A stretch of DNA of 64,000 bases from Spirulina sp. (GTDB lineage Bacteria > Cyanobacteriota > Cyanobacteriia > Phormidesmidales > Phormidesmidaceae): assembly GCA_044070495.1 (NCBI GenBank), contig JBIPSI010000022.1:1-64000 (forward strand), written 5' to 3'. This document shows positions 9,820 through 20,127 of this stretch, one piece after another. A model generated the notes under the pieces. That model did not search any database and was not told where the DNA came from. It worked only from the letters and a program-made list of their open reading frames with translations. Position numbers and translations under genes: made by a program. Every line of letters begins with the position of its first letter. Within the stretch, counting starts at the first letter, position 1.

Positions 9820-10554
9820 CTAGGCCGTCACAACAGGTTCATCCACCATGGGCACAAAGCGCACGGGGATGGTGTATTCCGTGGAAAGGCCCGTGAGGTG
9901 GCGGGTGATCACCAACAGGGTTTGGCTAGAGTGGCCCACGGGTACCACCAGCTTGCCCCCCATGGCCAGTTGATCTACCAGGGCGCTGGGGATGCGGGGG
10001 GGAGCCGCCGTGACCACAATGGCATCGTAGGGGGCGTGGGTAGCCCAGCCTTCGTATCCATTGCCCTGTTTGAGGTGAATGTTTGGATAGCCCAGATGGC
10101 CTAGGGTTTGCTCGGCCCGCTGGGCCAGAGAGGTGAGAATTTCAATGGAATAGACCTCCTGGGCCAGTTGCGCCAAAATAGCCGTCTGATAGCCCGACCC
10201 AGTGCCCACCTCCAACACTTTTCCGTTGGCCGGAATGGAGGCCGCATCGGTCATAAAGGCGACAATGTAGGGCTGGGAAATGGTTTGGCCCTGGCCAATG
10301 GGAAGGGGTTCATCGGCGTAGGCCCGGTTCGCGTAGTCGGCAGGCACAAAGCGATGGCGGGGCACCGTCATCAGGGCATTAATTACCCTGGGGTCGGTGA
10401 TGCCGCGCCCCACAATTTGCTGTTGCACCATTTGCTGGCGCTGTTCGGCGTATTGCCGTCCGAGGGGGCCGTGGCCTAGGGAAAAGATCATGATCGGCCT
10501 CGTGGTGGGGTGGGCAGCGGGAGGGTTAGATGCGGCGGTGTTGACATAGACCAT
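9820..10554 (-). CDS. pcm: Protein-L-isoaspartate O-methyltransferase
   Basis: VPRHRFVP, GQTISQPYIVA, VLEVGTGSGYQ, APYDAIVVTAA, VRFVPM. Confidence 0.93.
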   Translation of the reverse strand: MVYVNTAASNPPAAHPTTRPIMIFSLGHGPLGRQYAEQRQQMVQQQIVGRGITDPRVINALMTVPRHRFVPADYANRAYADEPLPIGQGQTISQPYIVAFMTDAASIPANGKVLEVGTGSGYQTAILAQLAQEVYSIEILTSLAQRAEQTLGHLGYPNIHLKQGNGYEGWATHAPYDAIVVTAAPPRIPSALVDQLAMGGKLVVPVGHSSQTLLVITRHLTGLSTEYTIPVRFVPMVDEPVVTA

Positions 10555-10714
10555 AGCGACCTCTTAGCCCAGGCACGCCAATGAAGAGAGGGTGGCACCC
10601 CTGGGTCTACTTTGATCTTAGCGCTTGCCACTGGGGGGGAATCCCCCATTCACCCCGGTAAGATTACCCCGATCCGAGTCTGCCATTGCCTTGCCCATAG
10701 ATATGGTGTTGTCC

Positions 10715-11401
10715 ATGAAAATTCTGCTAGTAAACAGTAATTCCACCACCGCTGTCACCGACCGCATGGTGGCCATTGCCCGCACCGTTGTCGCCCCCGA
10801 TACCTCTGTGGTGGGCGTCACTGCCCCTGGCCCTGCCGTCATTCGCTCCCACCTAGACTTTGCCGAGGCAGCGGTGGCCACCGTGCAAGCCCTCAAGCAC
10901 CACAGCCCTGACTTTGATGGAGCCATCATCGGCTGCTTTGGCGATCCTGGGCTGAGGGCAGCTCGTGCTGAAATTGCTGTGCCGATAGTTGGGCTAGCGG
11001 AGGCCGCGATGTTGATGGCCCATACCCTGGGGGGCCGCTACAGCATTGTCACGTTCGGATCCCACAATTCGGTGACTATCGCTGACCTGGCCCGCCTCTA
11101 TGGTCTCCACACCCGCCTTGCCTCGGTACGCGTTGCCGACATCCGCCATGGGGCTGTTTTAGCCAACCCAGAGGCCGCCGTAGAAGCCTGTATTGCGGCG
11201 GGGCAGCAGGCCATTTCCCAAGACAAGGCTGATGTGGTGATTTTAGGTGGTGGCCCGGTGGCGGGTTTGGCTCCCAGGATCGCCAGCGTGCTGGGGGTGC
11301 CTGTGCTAGACAGCATTACCTGCGCCACAAAGCTGGTGGAATCCCTGGTGGCCTGCAACTATCGCACCACTCGACGGGGGCTGTATCAACCCATCGAATA
11401 G
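10715..11401 (+). CDS. Asp/Glu/hydantoin racemase family protein
   Basis: MKILLVNSNSTTAVT, IIGCFGDPGL, ADVVILGG; the second catalytic Cys position reads G-G-P. Confidence 0.85.
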   Translation: MKILLVNSNSTTAVTDRMVAIARTVVAPDTSVVGVTAPGPAVIRSHLDFAEAAVATVQALKHHSPDFDGAIIGCFGDPGLRAARAEIAVPIVGLAEAAMLMAHTLGGRYSIVTFGSHNSVTIADLARLYGLHTRLASVRVADIRHGAVLANPEAAVEACIAAGQQAISQDKADVVILGGGPVAGLAPRIASVLGVPVLDSITCATKLVESLVACNYRTTRRGLYQPIE

Positions 11402-11551
11402 GGGGGATATGATTTCAATCATCGACCCCCTAAGTCAATGGCTGATGCTCGATCCGGTTTGCTGGCTCCCGGTATCAGTGGGCGAGACAACCTCGCCCCT
11501 ACGGTAGGTCTGGCGGGATTGATTGATCTCCCATCGTCAACCCGTGAAGCC

Positions 11552-11923
11552 CTAGTGGCTGGAGGTATTCTGCTGGGCACGATAGGCCAGCAGCCAGTTG
11601 GTCATGGTGGCGCGACGGGTGAGGCGGGGCACCAGTTGATCCACGGTGTAACCCTTGAAGCCCAGTTCTTCCTTCAGCAGTTGCTTGTACTCGGCGGGAA
11701 TGGATCGGGTGAGCTGCACGGTGGCGGGTCGGCTTTCGATGAAGTTCGGCGGCTCTGGATACTTCTCCACCCAGGCCGGATCCACCGCTGCGGTATCCCA
11801 GCCTTCCTCCGTGGGCCGATAGCCCAGGTAGTGCCACACCAGACGGTTCACAGTATCGTCGTCCAGTTCGTTGTTCAAAATCGCCCAGAGGGTATCGTTA
11901 GTCAGGTCAGGAAGCGTCGTCAT
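11552..11923 (-). CDS. Conserved cyanobacterial protein (DUF1823-like)
   Basis: VNRLVWHYLGYR, PP.FI..RPATV.LTRSIP...KQLLKE.LGF.GY...L.PR.TRRAT..NWLL. Confidence 0.75.
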   Translation of the reverse strand: MTTLPDLTNDTLWAILNNELDDDTVNRLVWHYLGYRPTEEGWDTAAVDPAWVEKYPEPPNFIESRPATVQLTRSIPAEYKQLLKEELGFKGYTVDQLVPRLTRRATMTNWLLAYRAQQNTSSH

Positions 11924-12022
11924 TGGGTGCAATCGTAATCAGGACAGGGGTAGGGGCATGATTCTTGTGCCCAAGCCAAAGGATAGGGGTAGGGGCGTGG
12001 TTTCCACGTCCAAGGGCTGAGC

Positions 12023-13372
12023 TTAGCCGAGGTCTTGGCACAGTTGCCGGAAGTGGTCGCCACGGGCCTCAAAGTTGGGGTATTGGTCAAAACTGGCGCA
12101 GGCCGGAGACAGCAGGACAACGCTGGCCCCCAAGCTAGGCGCAATTTCCTGACTGCGGCGCAGGGCACGATCCATGGTTTCTACGATTTCATAATCCCGG
12201 TAGCCGACTTCCTCTAGGCGGCGGGCGAACTGGGGGGCGGCATCGCCAATCAGCAGCACCGTAGCGGCCCGTTCCTGAATGCGCTGGAGCCAGGGGCCAT
12301 CGTCGCCTTCCTTGGCTTCGCCCCCGGCAATCAGTACGGCGGGGCTGGCGACCGAACGCAGGCCCACTTCGGCGGCATCGTAATTCGTCGCCTTGGAATC
12401 GTTGATAAAGTCAATGCCCTGCCAGGTGCAGATGTGCTCTAGGCGATGGGGCACACCGGGGAAATTGGCCACTCCAGCGGCGATGGCGGCGGGGGCGATA
12501 TTGGCTAAACAGGCGGCGGCCACGGCCATCAGCAGGTTTTGCAGGTTGTGGTCGCCCACCATTTTCAGGGCATCGGCGGCGACGATGGGCTGGCCCTTAA
12601 ACATTACCCAGCCGTCTTCGATATAGGTAGTGGGCACCAGGGAACCGAGGGCGGTTTTGCCCCCCACGCTCGTCCAGTGGGCCTGGGGAAATTCGGCGGG
12701 GATATGCTGGCGTAGGTAGGGATCGTCGCCGTTGAAGATGGCAAACTCCGACCGTTGCAGTAAAGAGGCTTTGATGCGGGCGTAGTTGTCGAGGGTTTTG
12801 TGGCGTTGTAGGTGGTCGGGGGTGAGGGTCGTCCACAGGCCAATGCGCGGCGTGAGGGTGGCCGAGGCTTCGATTTGGTAGCTGCTGAGTTCGGCGATCA
12901 CCCAGTCCGGTGCGGGAGTTTGCAGGCCCAGTTCGCAGGCGGCGTGGCCAATGTTGCCACAGGCGGGGGCGTCATACCCCGTAGCCTGAAAAATGGCCGC
13001 GACGAGGGCCGTTGTGGTGGTTTTGCCATTGGTGCCCGTAATCCCCACCCAGGGCTGGTTTTGTAGCGTTAACCAGGCCAGTTCCATTTCGCCCATCACC
13101 TCCAGTCCGGCGGCGCGGGCTTCTACTAGGGCGGGCAAATCCCAGGGCACCCCAGGGCTAACCACGACGCGGTCGGGCCGATCTTCTGGCGTAACCGCAA
13201 AACTATGGCCCAGCTTTACGGTCACTCCTGCCGCCTGGAGTTCGGCCTGTTGATCCGTCGCTAGGGGTGTAGCATTGCGATCACTCAGCACCACCGCCCA
13301 GCCCTGCTTTCGCAGCAACCGAGCCGCAGCAATGCCGGATTTTCCTAAGCCGATCACATGGGCCTGTTTCAT
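12023..13372 (-). CDS. murD: UDP-N-acetylmuramoyl-L-alanine--D-glutamate ligase
   Basis: [49 protein letters not shown]. Confidence 0.97.
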   Translation of the reverse strand: MKQAHVIGLGKSGIAAARLLRKQGWAVVLSDRNATPLATDQQAELQAAGVTVKLGHSFAVTPEDRPDRVVVSPGVPWDLPALVEARAAGLEVMGEMELAWLTLQNQPWVGITGTNGKTTTTALVAAIFQATGYDAPACGNIGHAACELGLQTPAPDWVIAELSSYQIEASATLTPRIGLWTTLTPDHLQRHKTLDNYARIKASLLQRSEFAIFNGDDPYLRQHIPAEFPQAHWTSVGGKTALGSLVPTTYIEDGWVMFKGQPIVAADALKMVGDHNLQNLLMAVAAACLANIAPAAIAAGVANFPGVPHRLEHICTWQGIDFINDSKATNYDAAEVGLRSVASPAVLIAGGEAKEGDDGPWLQRIQERAATVLLIGDAAPQFARRLEEVGYRDYEIVETMDRALRRSQEIAPSLGASVVLLSPACASFDQYPNFEARGDHFRQLCQDLG

Positions 13373-13560
13373 GGCAACCTTTCCCAATGACATCGCCCCA
13401 TCACGCGCTAGGGCATGGGTTTTAATCAGAAAAATCATACCCCGGACGGTTGCCCTAACCCGCATTCTCTAGGGCGATAGGTTGCAGGCTTGGGTCAGTA
13501 TCAGGGTGCTAACGGTGACTCTATTTATAATGAACCTATCCCGTGTGGTGGAGGGCCGCG

Positions 13561-14232
13561 ATGCTCGACCTTGATATTAGCCAACTGCCCACCAGCGACG
13601 AACTCCCCTGCTCCGACGATACCCCGGTGGACAACGAAGACCAGAATTGGCTGCCCAACCTGCTGCTGTTTATCTTGGACTACCTCTGGAAAGACCGCCA
13701 GGACTGGTTTTTTGCCGTGGATATGGGTGTTTACTACACCACGGGCGAAGATTATCGTGTGCCCATCGTCCCCGATGGTTTCCTGAGTTTGGGCGTGGAG
13801 CGGCGCAAGGGCGGACGGTCGCGCAACAGCTATGTGACCTGGGAAGAAAACGGGGTGCCGCCAATTTTGGCCCTGGAAATGGTGTCCCAAACCCCCGGTG
13901 GCGAGTATGGCCCCAAAATGGAGATCTACGCCAAGCTGGGGGTGCTGTACTACGTCATCTACAACCCCAACTTTTGGCGGCGAGACAAACACCTACCCTT
14001 CGAGGTCTACAAGCTGGTGGGCAAGGATTACCAATTGCAGAGCGGTGAACCCTTCTGGATGCCGGAAATTGGCCTAGGTCTGGGGCGCTGCACGTTACCC
14101 ACCGACCCCATCAACCGAGAAGCCTTGGGCTGGTTTAATCAACAGGGCCAGCGTTACCCCACCCCCGCAGAACGGGCCGAGCGTCTAGCTGAAAAGCTTA
14201 GGGAGCTAGGCATAGACCCCGATACCCTGTAA
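13561..14232 (+). CDS. Uma2 family endonuclease-fold protein, copy 1
   Basis: LP.SDDTPVDNEDQ, IVPDGFLSLGV, LALEMVSQT, YAKLGVLYYVIYNP. Confidence 0.9.
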   Translation: MLDLDISQLPTSDELPCSDDTPVDNEDQNWLPNLLLFILDYLWKDRQDWFFAVDMGVYYTTGEDYRVPIVPDGFLSLGVERRKGGRSRNSYVTWEENGVPPILALEMVSQTPGGEYGPKMEIYAKLGVLYYVIYNPNFWRRDKHLPFEVYKLVGKDYQLQSGEPFWMPEIGLGLGRCTLPTDPINREALGWFNQQGQRYPTPAERAERLAEKLRELGIDPDTL

Positions 14233-14295
14233 GCCGTGGTTGCCTCCGACGGGCATGATCCATAATGAAGCTACCCTGCATGGTGGAGGGCCGCG

Positions 14296-15009
14296 ATGCT
14301 CGACCTTGATATTAGCCAACTGCCCACCAGCGACGAACTCCCCTGCTCCGACGATACCCCGGTGGACAACGAAGACCAGAATTGGCTGCCTAACCTGCTG
14401 CTGTTTGTGCTGGAATATCTCTGGAAAGACCGCCAGGACTGGTTTTTTGCCGTGGATATGGGCATTTACCATACCACGGGCGAAGATTACCGTGTGCCCA
14501 TCGTCCCCGATGGATTCCTGAGCCTAGGCGTGGAGCGGCGCAAGGGCGGACGGTCGCGCAACAGCTATGTGACCTGGGAAGAAAACGGGGTGCCGCCAAT
14601 TTTGGCACTGGAAATGGTGTCCCAAACTCCCGGTGGCGAGTATGGCCCCAAAATGGAGATCTACGCCAAGCTAGGGGTGCTGTACTACGTCATCTACAAC
14701 CCCAACTTTTGGCGACGAGACAAACACCTACCCTTCGAGGTCTACAAGCTGGTGGGCAAGGACTATCACTTGCAGAGCGGTGAACCCTTCTGGATGCCGG
14801 AAATTGGCCTAGGTCTGGGACGCTGCACCTTGCCCACCGACCCCATCAACCGAGAAGCCCTCGGCTGGTTTAATCAACAGGGCCAGCGTTACCCCACCCC
14901 CGCAGAATTGGCTGAGCAAGGGATCGAACGGGCAGAGCAGGAGCGCCAACGGGCCGAGCGTTTGGCCGAGAAACTGCGGGAACTGGGCATTGATCCCGAT
15001 TCCCTGTAG
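14296..15009 (+). CDS. Uma2 family endonuclease-fold protein, copy 2
   Basis: Near-identical tandem copy at a 735-bp period, with a longer C-terminal coiled coil. Confidence 0.9.
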   Translation: MLDLDISQLPTSDELPCSDDTPVDNEDQNWLPNLLLFVLEYLWKDRQDWFFAVDMGIYHTTGEDYRVPIVPDGFLSLGVERRKGGRSRNSYVTWEENGVPPILALEMVSQTPGGEYGPKMEIYAKLGVLYYVIYNPNFWRRDKHLPFEVYKLVGKDYHLQSGEPFWMPEIGLGLGRCTLPTDPINREALGWFNQQGQRYPTPAELAEQGIERAEQERQRAERLAEKLRELGIDPDSL

Positions 15010-15067
15010 GGGCTTGGCTGGGAAAGTGGCTGGTCAGGTTTCCAGAGATTCGACGATTGCGGACGCC

Positions 15068-18013
15068 CTAGGATAGCCCTAGGGGCACGGTGGCGTGGGC
15101 TTGCACCAGGGCTTCGGCTTGGGCGGCGGGGAGAGATCGGGCAATGAGGAATCCCTGGATCGCGTCACAGCCCAGAGTTCGTAAGCGTTGGGCTTGGAAC
15201 TCGGTTTCGACGCCTTCGGCCACCACGGTCATACCGAGGGATTTGGCGATTTGAATGATGGCGGTGACGATACTGACATCATCGTGGTCGATGTCGATGT
15301 TTTCGACGAAAGATTGATCGATTTTGAGGGTGTTGATGGGGAAGCGTTTGAGGTAGCTGAGGGAGGAATAGCCCGTACCGAAGTCATCCACGCTGATGCT
15401 AACCCCCCGCCGCTGTAGGGTGGAGAGGGTGTTGAGGACGACCTCCACGTTGGACAGCAGCAGGCTTTCGGTGACTTCTAGGCCCAGGTTGGTGGCGGAT
15501 AGCCCGGTACGCTGAAGCATGGCATCTACCTGGTCGGGAAATTCGGCCTGCTCGAACTGGGCGGCGGCGACATTGACGTTCATCCTCAGTCGCCGAGCCG
15601 CTGACCAACGCTGGCACCAATCAGCCATTTGGCCACAGGCGGTTTCAAAAATCCAATGGCTGAGGGGAATGATTAACCCGGTTTCCTCCGCCAGGGGGAT
15701 AAATTCGACGGGGGGAACCAGGCCTCGCTGGGGATGCTGCCAGCGAACGAGGGCCTCGAAGCCCAGGAGGGTCTGGTCGGCTAGGTGAACTATGGGCTGG
15801 TAGTGCAGGATGAACTCTTGGCGGTCTAGGGCTTGGCGCAGGTGGGTTTCTAGCTCAAAAAGCTGGATCGCACTTTCGTGCATGGCAGGGTTAAAAATCA
15901 CGTAGTCCGACGATGGCCCCCTGGCCTTGGCTTGGTACATGGCGTTGTCGGCGTCGCGCAGCATATCTTCGCCCCGGTCGTATTGGGGGCTGGCCAGGGC
16001 AATGCCTAGGCTGGCGGTGCTGAAGAGGGTGTGTCCCATCACCGAAAAGGGCGTTTTGATGTCGGTCTGGATGCGTTCGACCACATGGATCGCTTCATTG
16101 AGGTTGGCGATGCGATCTAGCAAAATCACAAACTCATCTCCCCCCAGGCGGGCCACGGTGTCCACTGTTCGCACATGGCGCATCAGAATTTGGGCAATTT
16201 GAACGAGCAACTGATCCCCCACCAGGTGCCCCAGGCTGTCGTTCACCACCTTGAAACGATCTAGGTCAATAAAGATAACCGCAAACATCTGGTCGGGGTA
16301 GCGTTTGGCCCGTTGCAGCGACTGATCCAGCCGTTCGATAAATAGAGTGCGGTTGGGCAATCCAGTCAGGGCATCGTGGAGGGCTTGGTGGCGCAGTTCT
16401 TCCTCGGCCAGCTTGCGGTCGCTAATGTCGATAAACGTCACCACCACCTGGGTCATCCGCTGGTGGTCATCAAAGGTGGGGAAGGCATTGATTAAGGCCC
16501 AGGTGCAATCCCCTGGCTGGTCAGAATGGCGAATACCCAGCAGTTGATTTTCCATGGGGCGGCCCGTAGCCAACACCCGATTCACCGGATACTGCTCCAC
16601 CGGAATCAGCGTCCCGCTTTCATCCACCAAGGGCCAGGTGGGTGCCAAGGCTCCGTAGCCAACAACGGCCTCTGCCGATACCCCCAGCAGTTTGGCCCCC
16701 ATGCGGTTGCACATGGTAATTGTGGTATCCGGCGCATGAACTACCACTCCGGCCTGAAGGTGATCCACCAATAAACGGTAGTTAGCCTCGCTGTGGCTCA
16801 GTTGTTGCAGGGCCAGCGCCAAGGATTGGGCCTGTTCCTGGAGAGATTGATTGGCCAAGGCCAGGGCTTCGGTGCGTTCCTCCACCCGCTGCTCTAGGGT
16901 CACGAAGCTACAGCGCACCTGATCCACCATGTGGTTAAAGGCTTGGGCCACCGCCGCAAATTCGTCCTCCCCGGTAATTTCCAGGGGGTGATCGAGGTCT
17001 TGCTGGGCAATTCGTTCCGCCGCTTCCACCATTAGGGTGAGGGGATGGATAATCCGCCGCCCCAGGATCACACTGGCCCCCACCGCCAACGCTAGCGCAC
17101 TCAGAGCCGTGGCTACCAGGGCCGCACTACTCTGACGGGCGGTGCGATTCAAGGTTAGTTGGGCCGCTTCAGACTGCTCTTCGGCCCGCTGGCCAATTCC
17201 GGTCAAAATTTGGTTGATGTCTCGGTTAATGTTGCTGGCCACAATCCGGTTTACCTGCACCTGCTGATCCAGCAACAGCACCGCCCGCAGGGAATCGAGG
17301 TAGTTCTGGGCAAGGCGCTGGGGAGAGTCTGGATCCTCGGTGGCTGGCATTTCCCCCAGATTCGCCTCTAGCTGGTCTAGCCCTTGGTAGAGCGCATTCA
17401 GGTGAGTGGGATTTTGGCTATTCAGGTAGGTTTGCTGTTGGGCCAGGAGTTGCCACACCTGTTGATCAAGCTCGGTTTGGGCCAAACGACCGTTCTCTGG
17501 CAACGTCTCTAGAACCGCCTGGGCCTGGGCATAGAGATCGAGGTTGGCCTCGCTGTTGACGATCTGATGCACCGTATTCTGAAAAGCGAGATCGTAGTTA
17601 TTAAATAGAGACTCTAGCAGCCCTAGGGCCTGGTCTAACTCCGGAGACTGATCGGCTAGACCCTGAAGATCGGCTAAGTTTTGCTGCACCTGGGCCAGAT
17701 AGTAACGATTGGATTGGATGTTGTTCTGGCCGTTGTTCTGGCTGTGGATGCCCTCTCCCCCCTGTCGCCAGGTGCCGAAATAGCGTTGTTCCGCCTGACG
17801 GGCCAGCAGAAAATTGCTTTTGAGCTGTAAGCTCAACTCCTGCACCTGCTGGGCTTCGGCCAGGGTGGCTTGGCTGTAGTAGTAAAACCGCTGCAAACTG
17901 ATGTAGCTAATGGCTGCACTCAGCCCGTGGAGCACCAAAATCACCCCAAAGCCCAGCCGCAACTGGCTGCGAATGGTTTTAGGCAGACAACCACGAATTC
18001 GGTCTAGGGTCAT
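15068..18013 (-). CDS. Membrane sensor HAMP-PAS-GGDEF-EAL diguanylate cyclase/phosphodiesterase
   Basis: Two TM helices around a helical periplasmic domain, HAMP (DEFAAVAQAFNHM), PAS, RLGGDEF, FEALVRW, VDDFGTGYSSLSYL. Confidence 0.93.
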   Translation of the reverse strand: MTLDRIRGCLPKTIRSQLRLGFGVILVLHGLSAAISYISLQRFYYYSQATLAEAQQVQELSLQLKSNFLLARQAEQRYFGTWRQGGEGIHSQNNGQNNIQSNRYYLAQVQQNLADLQGLADQSPELDQALGLLESLFNNYDLAFQNTVHQIVNSEANLDLYAQAQAVLETLPENGRLAQTELDQQVWQLLAQQQTYLNSQNPTHLNALYQGLDQLEANLGEMPATEDPDSPQRLAQNYLDSLRAVLLLDQQVQVNRIVASNINRDINQILTGIGQRAEEQSEAAQLTLNRTARQSSAALVATALSALALAVGASVILGRRIIHPLTLMVEAAERIAQQDLDHPLEITGEDEFAAVAQAFNHMVDQVRCSFVTLEQRVEERTEALALANQSLQEQAQSLALALQQLSHSEANYRLLVDHLQAGVVVHAPDTTITMCNRMGAKLLGVSAEAVVGYGALAPTWPLVDESGTLIPVEQYPVNRVLATGRPMENQLLGIRHSDQPGDCTWALINAFPTFDDHQRMTQVVVTFIDISDRKLAEEELRHQALHDALTGLPNRTLFIERLDQSLQRAKRYPDQMFAVIFIDLDRFKVVNDSLGHLVGDQLLVQIAQILMRHVRTVDTVARLGGDEFVILLDRIANLNEAIHVVERIQTDIKTPFSVMGHTLFSTASLGIALASPQYDRGEDMLRDADNAMYQAKARGPSSDYVIFNPAMHESAIQLFELETHLRQALDRQEFILHYQPIVHLADQTLLGFEALVRWQHPQRGLVPPVEFIPLAEETGLIIPLSHWIFETACGQMADWCQRWSAARRLRMNVNVAAAQFEQAEFPDQVDAMLQRTGLSATNLGLEVTESLLLSNVEVVLNTLSTLQRRGVSISVDDFGTGYSSLSYLKRFPINTLKIDQSFVENIDIDHDDVSIVTAIIQIAKSLGMTVVAEGVETEFQAQRLRTLGCDAIQGFLIARSLPAAQAEALVQAHATVPLGLS

Positions 18014-19431
18014 TGTCCCTCCTCGGCCTGGGCGAATTGTTGGAGCACCTGGGCCTGGAGTTGGGCAGCGGCGACCCTAGGGTCTTCGCCGTCGTAGATA
18101 CGGTGGATGGTTTCGGCAATGGCGAGGGCCACCCGATTCCATTGGGGATGGAACACCGCCGTGGGCCGCGAGGTGCGCATGGCGGTCTGTACCGCCAGGG
18201 CGTAGTCAAGGTTCATGGCTTCGGTGTAGACCGAGGGCGTGAGCCAGGTGGAAAAACGCGGTGCGCCCCCCGTTGCTACGGCAATTTTGGCCTCCATGGC
18301 AGATTGGGTGGCCCATTGAATCAACAACCAAGCCGCCTGGGGATGGGGTGATTGTTTCGAGATGCCCAGCCCCCACAGCCAATGTCCGGTCAGGCTTTGG
18401 GTCTGCACCCTAGGCAGCACGGCATAGCCCACCTCTCCAGCCAGGGTAGAGGTTTCGGGATTTTCAAAATCGGGGCCAAACAGGCTGGCATCAATGTAAA
18501 AAGCCGCTTCCCCATCGCGGAACCGATGGGTGGCCTCGGCCCAATCCATCTGTTTAATATGGGGTGGCCCTGCCCGCATCAGGTTGGCATAGGTGATCAG
18601 CCCCTCCACAATGCGCGGATCGGTGAAGCGGGGGCGGCTCCAAGCGCCATCAAACCAGACATTAAAGGGCAGCGGCGTCGGCTCGGTACCCCAGCCGTTC
18701 AAAATAATTCCCGTTACCGTATCAATAATCGTGTCGGAGGGAATGCCCCGCAGCACCATGCCGACGGCCTCACCGCTGGCGTTGATCCGAGTCGCCGCCT
18801 GCACCAGTTCGGCCATGGTTTGGGGCACCTGCCCGCCCAAAAACCGATTTACCAGTCGCTTGTTGTAGAACAGGAGATAGACCTCCACCGTGGCCGGAAT
18901 GCCAAATAATTCTGCTTCGGCCTGCCCTGGGGGATACATCGCCGCCAGCCGAAACCCCTCTGGAAAGTCGTAGAGGTTGTAGTCGCGGGCGGTGAGGCTG
19001 GGATCGTGGATGAAGGGGGTGAGGGAATGCAGCCGTTCCCCTTGCCAAAGGCGATAGGCGGTGGAATCCATGGGCAGAAAGAAGGCATCAACCTCTTGGG
19101 GGCGGCTGTTGAGGGTGGCCTCCAGCTCATTAAAGTAGTCCGGTTCCGCCACCGTTTGGATCCTCAAGGTCATCCCCGTCAGCGTTTCAAACTCCTTTAA
19201 GTAGGGCCGCACACCCTGCGTCCAAGGATGATCGTTTAACAACAGCCGCAGTTCGGTGCCTGCAAATTGCCGCCACATCTCCCCCACGGGCGGCAAACTT
19301 GGCTCCGGAGCATCGGAGTCTAGGGGAGCTGCACAGGTACTTGCCAAGCTGGGCAATACCCCTGCCGCCAGGGCCAATTTCAACAGATGTCGCCGGGGAA
19401 TTCGCCCCAGGGAATACGCAGGTTTGGGCAT
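18010..19431 (-). CDS. Sugar-type extracellular solute-binding protein (probable Tat lipoprotein)
   Basis: RRHLLK twin-Arg leader and LASTC; FETLTGM.L, LFYNK, GHWLWGLGIS..S.HP.AAW.LIQWAT; ATGA overlap with the GGDEF-EAL gene. Confidence 0.85.
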   Translation of the reverse strand: MPKPAYSLGRIPRRHLLKLALAAGVLPSLASTCAAPLDSDAPEPSLPPVGEMWRQFAGTELRLLLNDHPWTQGVRPYLKEFETLTGMTLRIQTVAEPDYFNELEATLNSRPQEVDAFFLPMDSTAYRLWQGERLHSLTPFIHDPSLTARDYNLYDFPEGFRLAAMYPPGQAEAELFGIPATVEVYLLFYNKRLVNRFLGGQVPQTMAELVQAATRINASGEAVGMVLRGIPSDTIIDTVTGIILNGWGTEPTPLPFNVWFDGAWSRPRFTDPRIVEGLITYANLMRAGPPHIKQMDWAEATHRFRDGEAAFYIDASLFGPDFENPETSTLAGEVGYAVLPRVQTQSLTGHWLWGLGISKQSPHPQAAWLLIQWATQSAMEAKIAVATGGAPRFSTWLTPSVYTEAMNLDYALAVQTAMRTSRPTAVFHPQWNRVALAIAETIHRIYDGEDPRVAAAQLQAQVLQQFAQAEEGQ

Positions 19432-19801
19432 GGGTCTCCCTTCAAGCCACCAAAAAACAACCGCCAACCACCGACCCACACCCCATTGTTCACCGCAGGC
19501 AGCCCCAATGGGGAGAAGGGGGGATCGTTCTCCGGGCATCGGCGGCTATGCGATGGGCAGCCCCGATCAGGCAAGTCCATGCTTTCCATCGGGAAAAGAC
19601 TGGGAAACCATGGCAGCTCGTTACAATCCTCAATAATTTGTTGCGGCTCCTGACTGAAGCAGATGCTTCCATCATTCCCCAAAAAACAGCCTCCGCGCAC
19701 AGCCGAGGATATGCCGATCAAAACCCTCGCTACCACGTCTATGGAAAATCCATGTTAGGTCAGCATTTTCTATCGTAGTCCTTTGTTCTTCTCATCCTTG
19801 A

Positions 19802-19819
19802 TTAACATTTGTTTACAAA
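19802..19819 (+). promoter_or_regulatory. HLR1-like (RpaB) direct repeat upstream of psaA
   Basis: TTAACATT-TG-TTTACAAA resembles two (G/T)TTACA(T/A)(T/A) units spaced by 2 nt; RpaB control of psaA is known in model cyanobacteria. Confidence 0.5.
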
Positions 19820-19997
19820 AGTCGAGATTGGCCGCTGTTTTTCGGCGAAAACTTGAGATTTTTATTGAGTTTTGTTAATGCCCCCCATGTCAGAGTTCAA
19901 TTTTGTGATCGGAGTATTTTTGGAATGCCCGTAAATCAAGGGTTTCCGCAGCTTGAATTATTGTTAACCTCTGCCAAGAACCGTCAATTTACGAGAC

Positions 19998-20127
19998 TAT
20001 AATGCTCAAGAGCAATCACCGTCCTAGTAGCGGTTATACCAACAGACCCTAGGGTCGCAGGTATAGTTCACACTCAAGGCGATATGATTCTCGCTGTTTG
20101 CTTTTGTCTAGAGAGAGGAGAGTCTCC
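19998..20127 (+). promoter_or_regulatory. psaA -10 box and structured 5' leader
   Basis: TATAAT at 19998-20003; AAGAGCAA...TTGCTTTT encloses ACCG/CGGT, TATACC/GGTATA and GCGA/TCGC stems; GAGGAG RBS. Confidence 0.55.
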
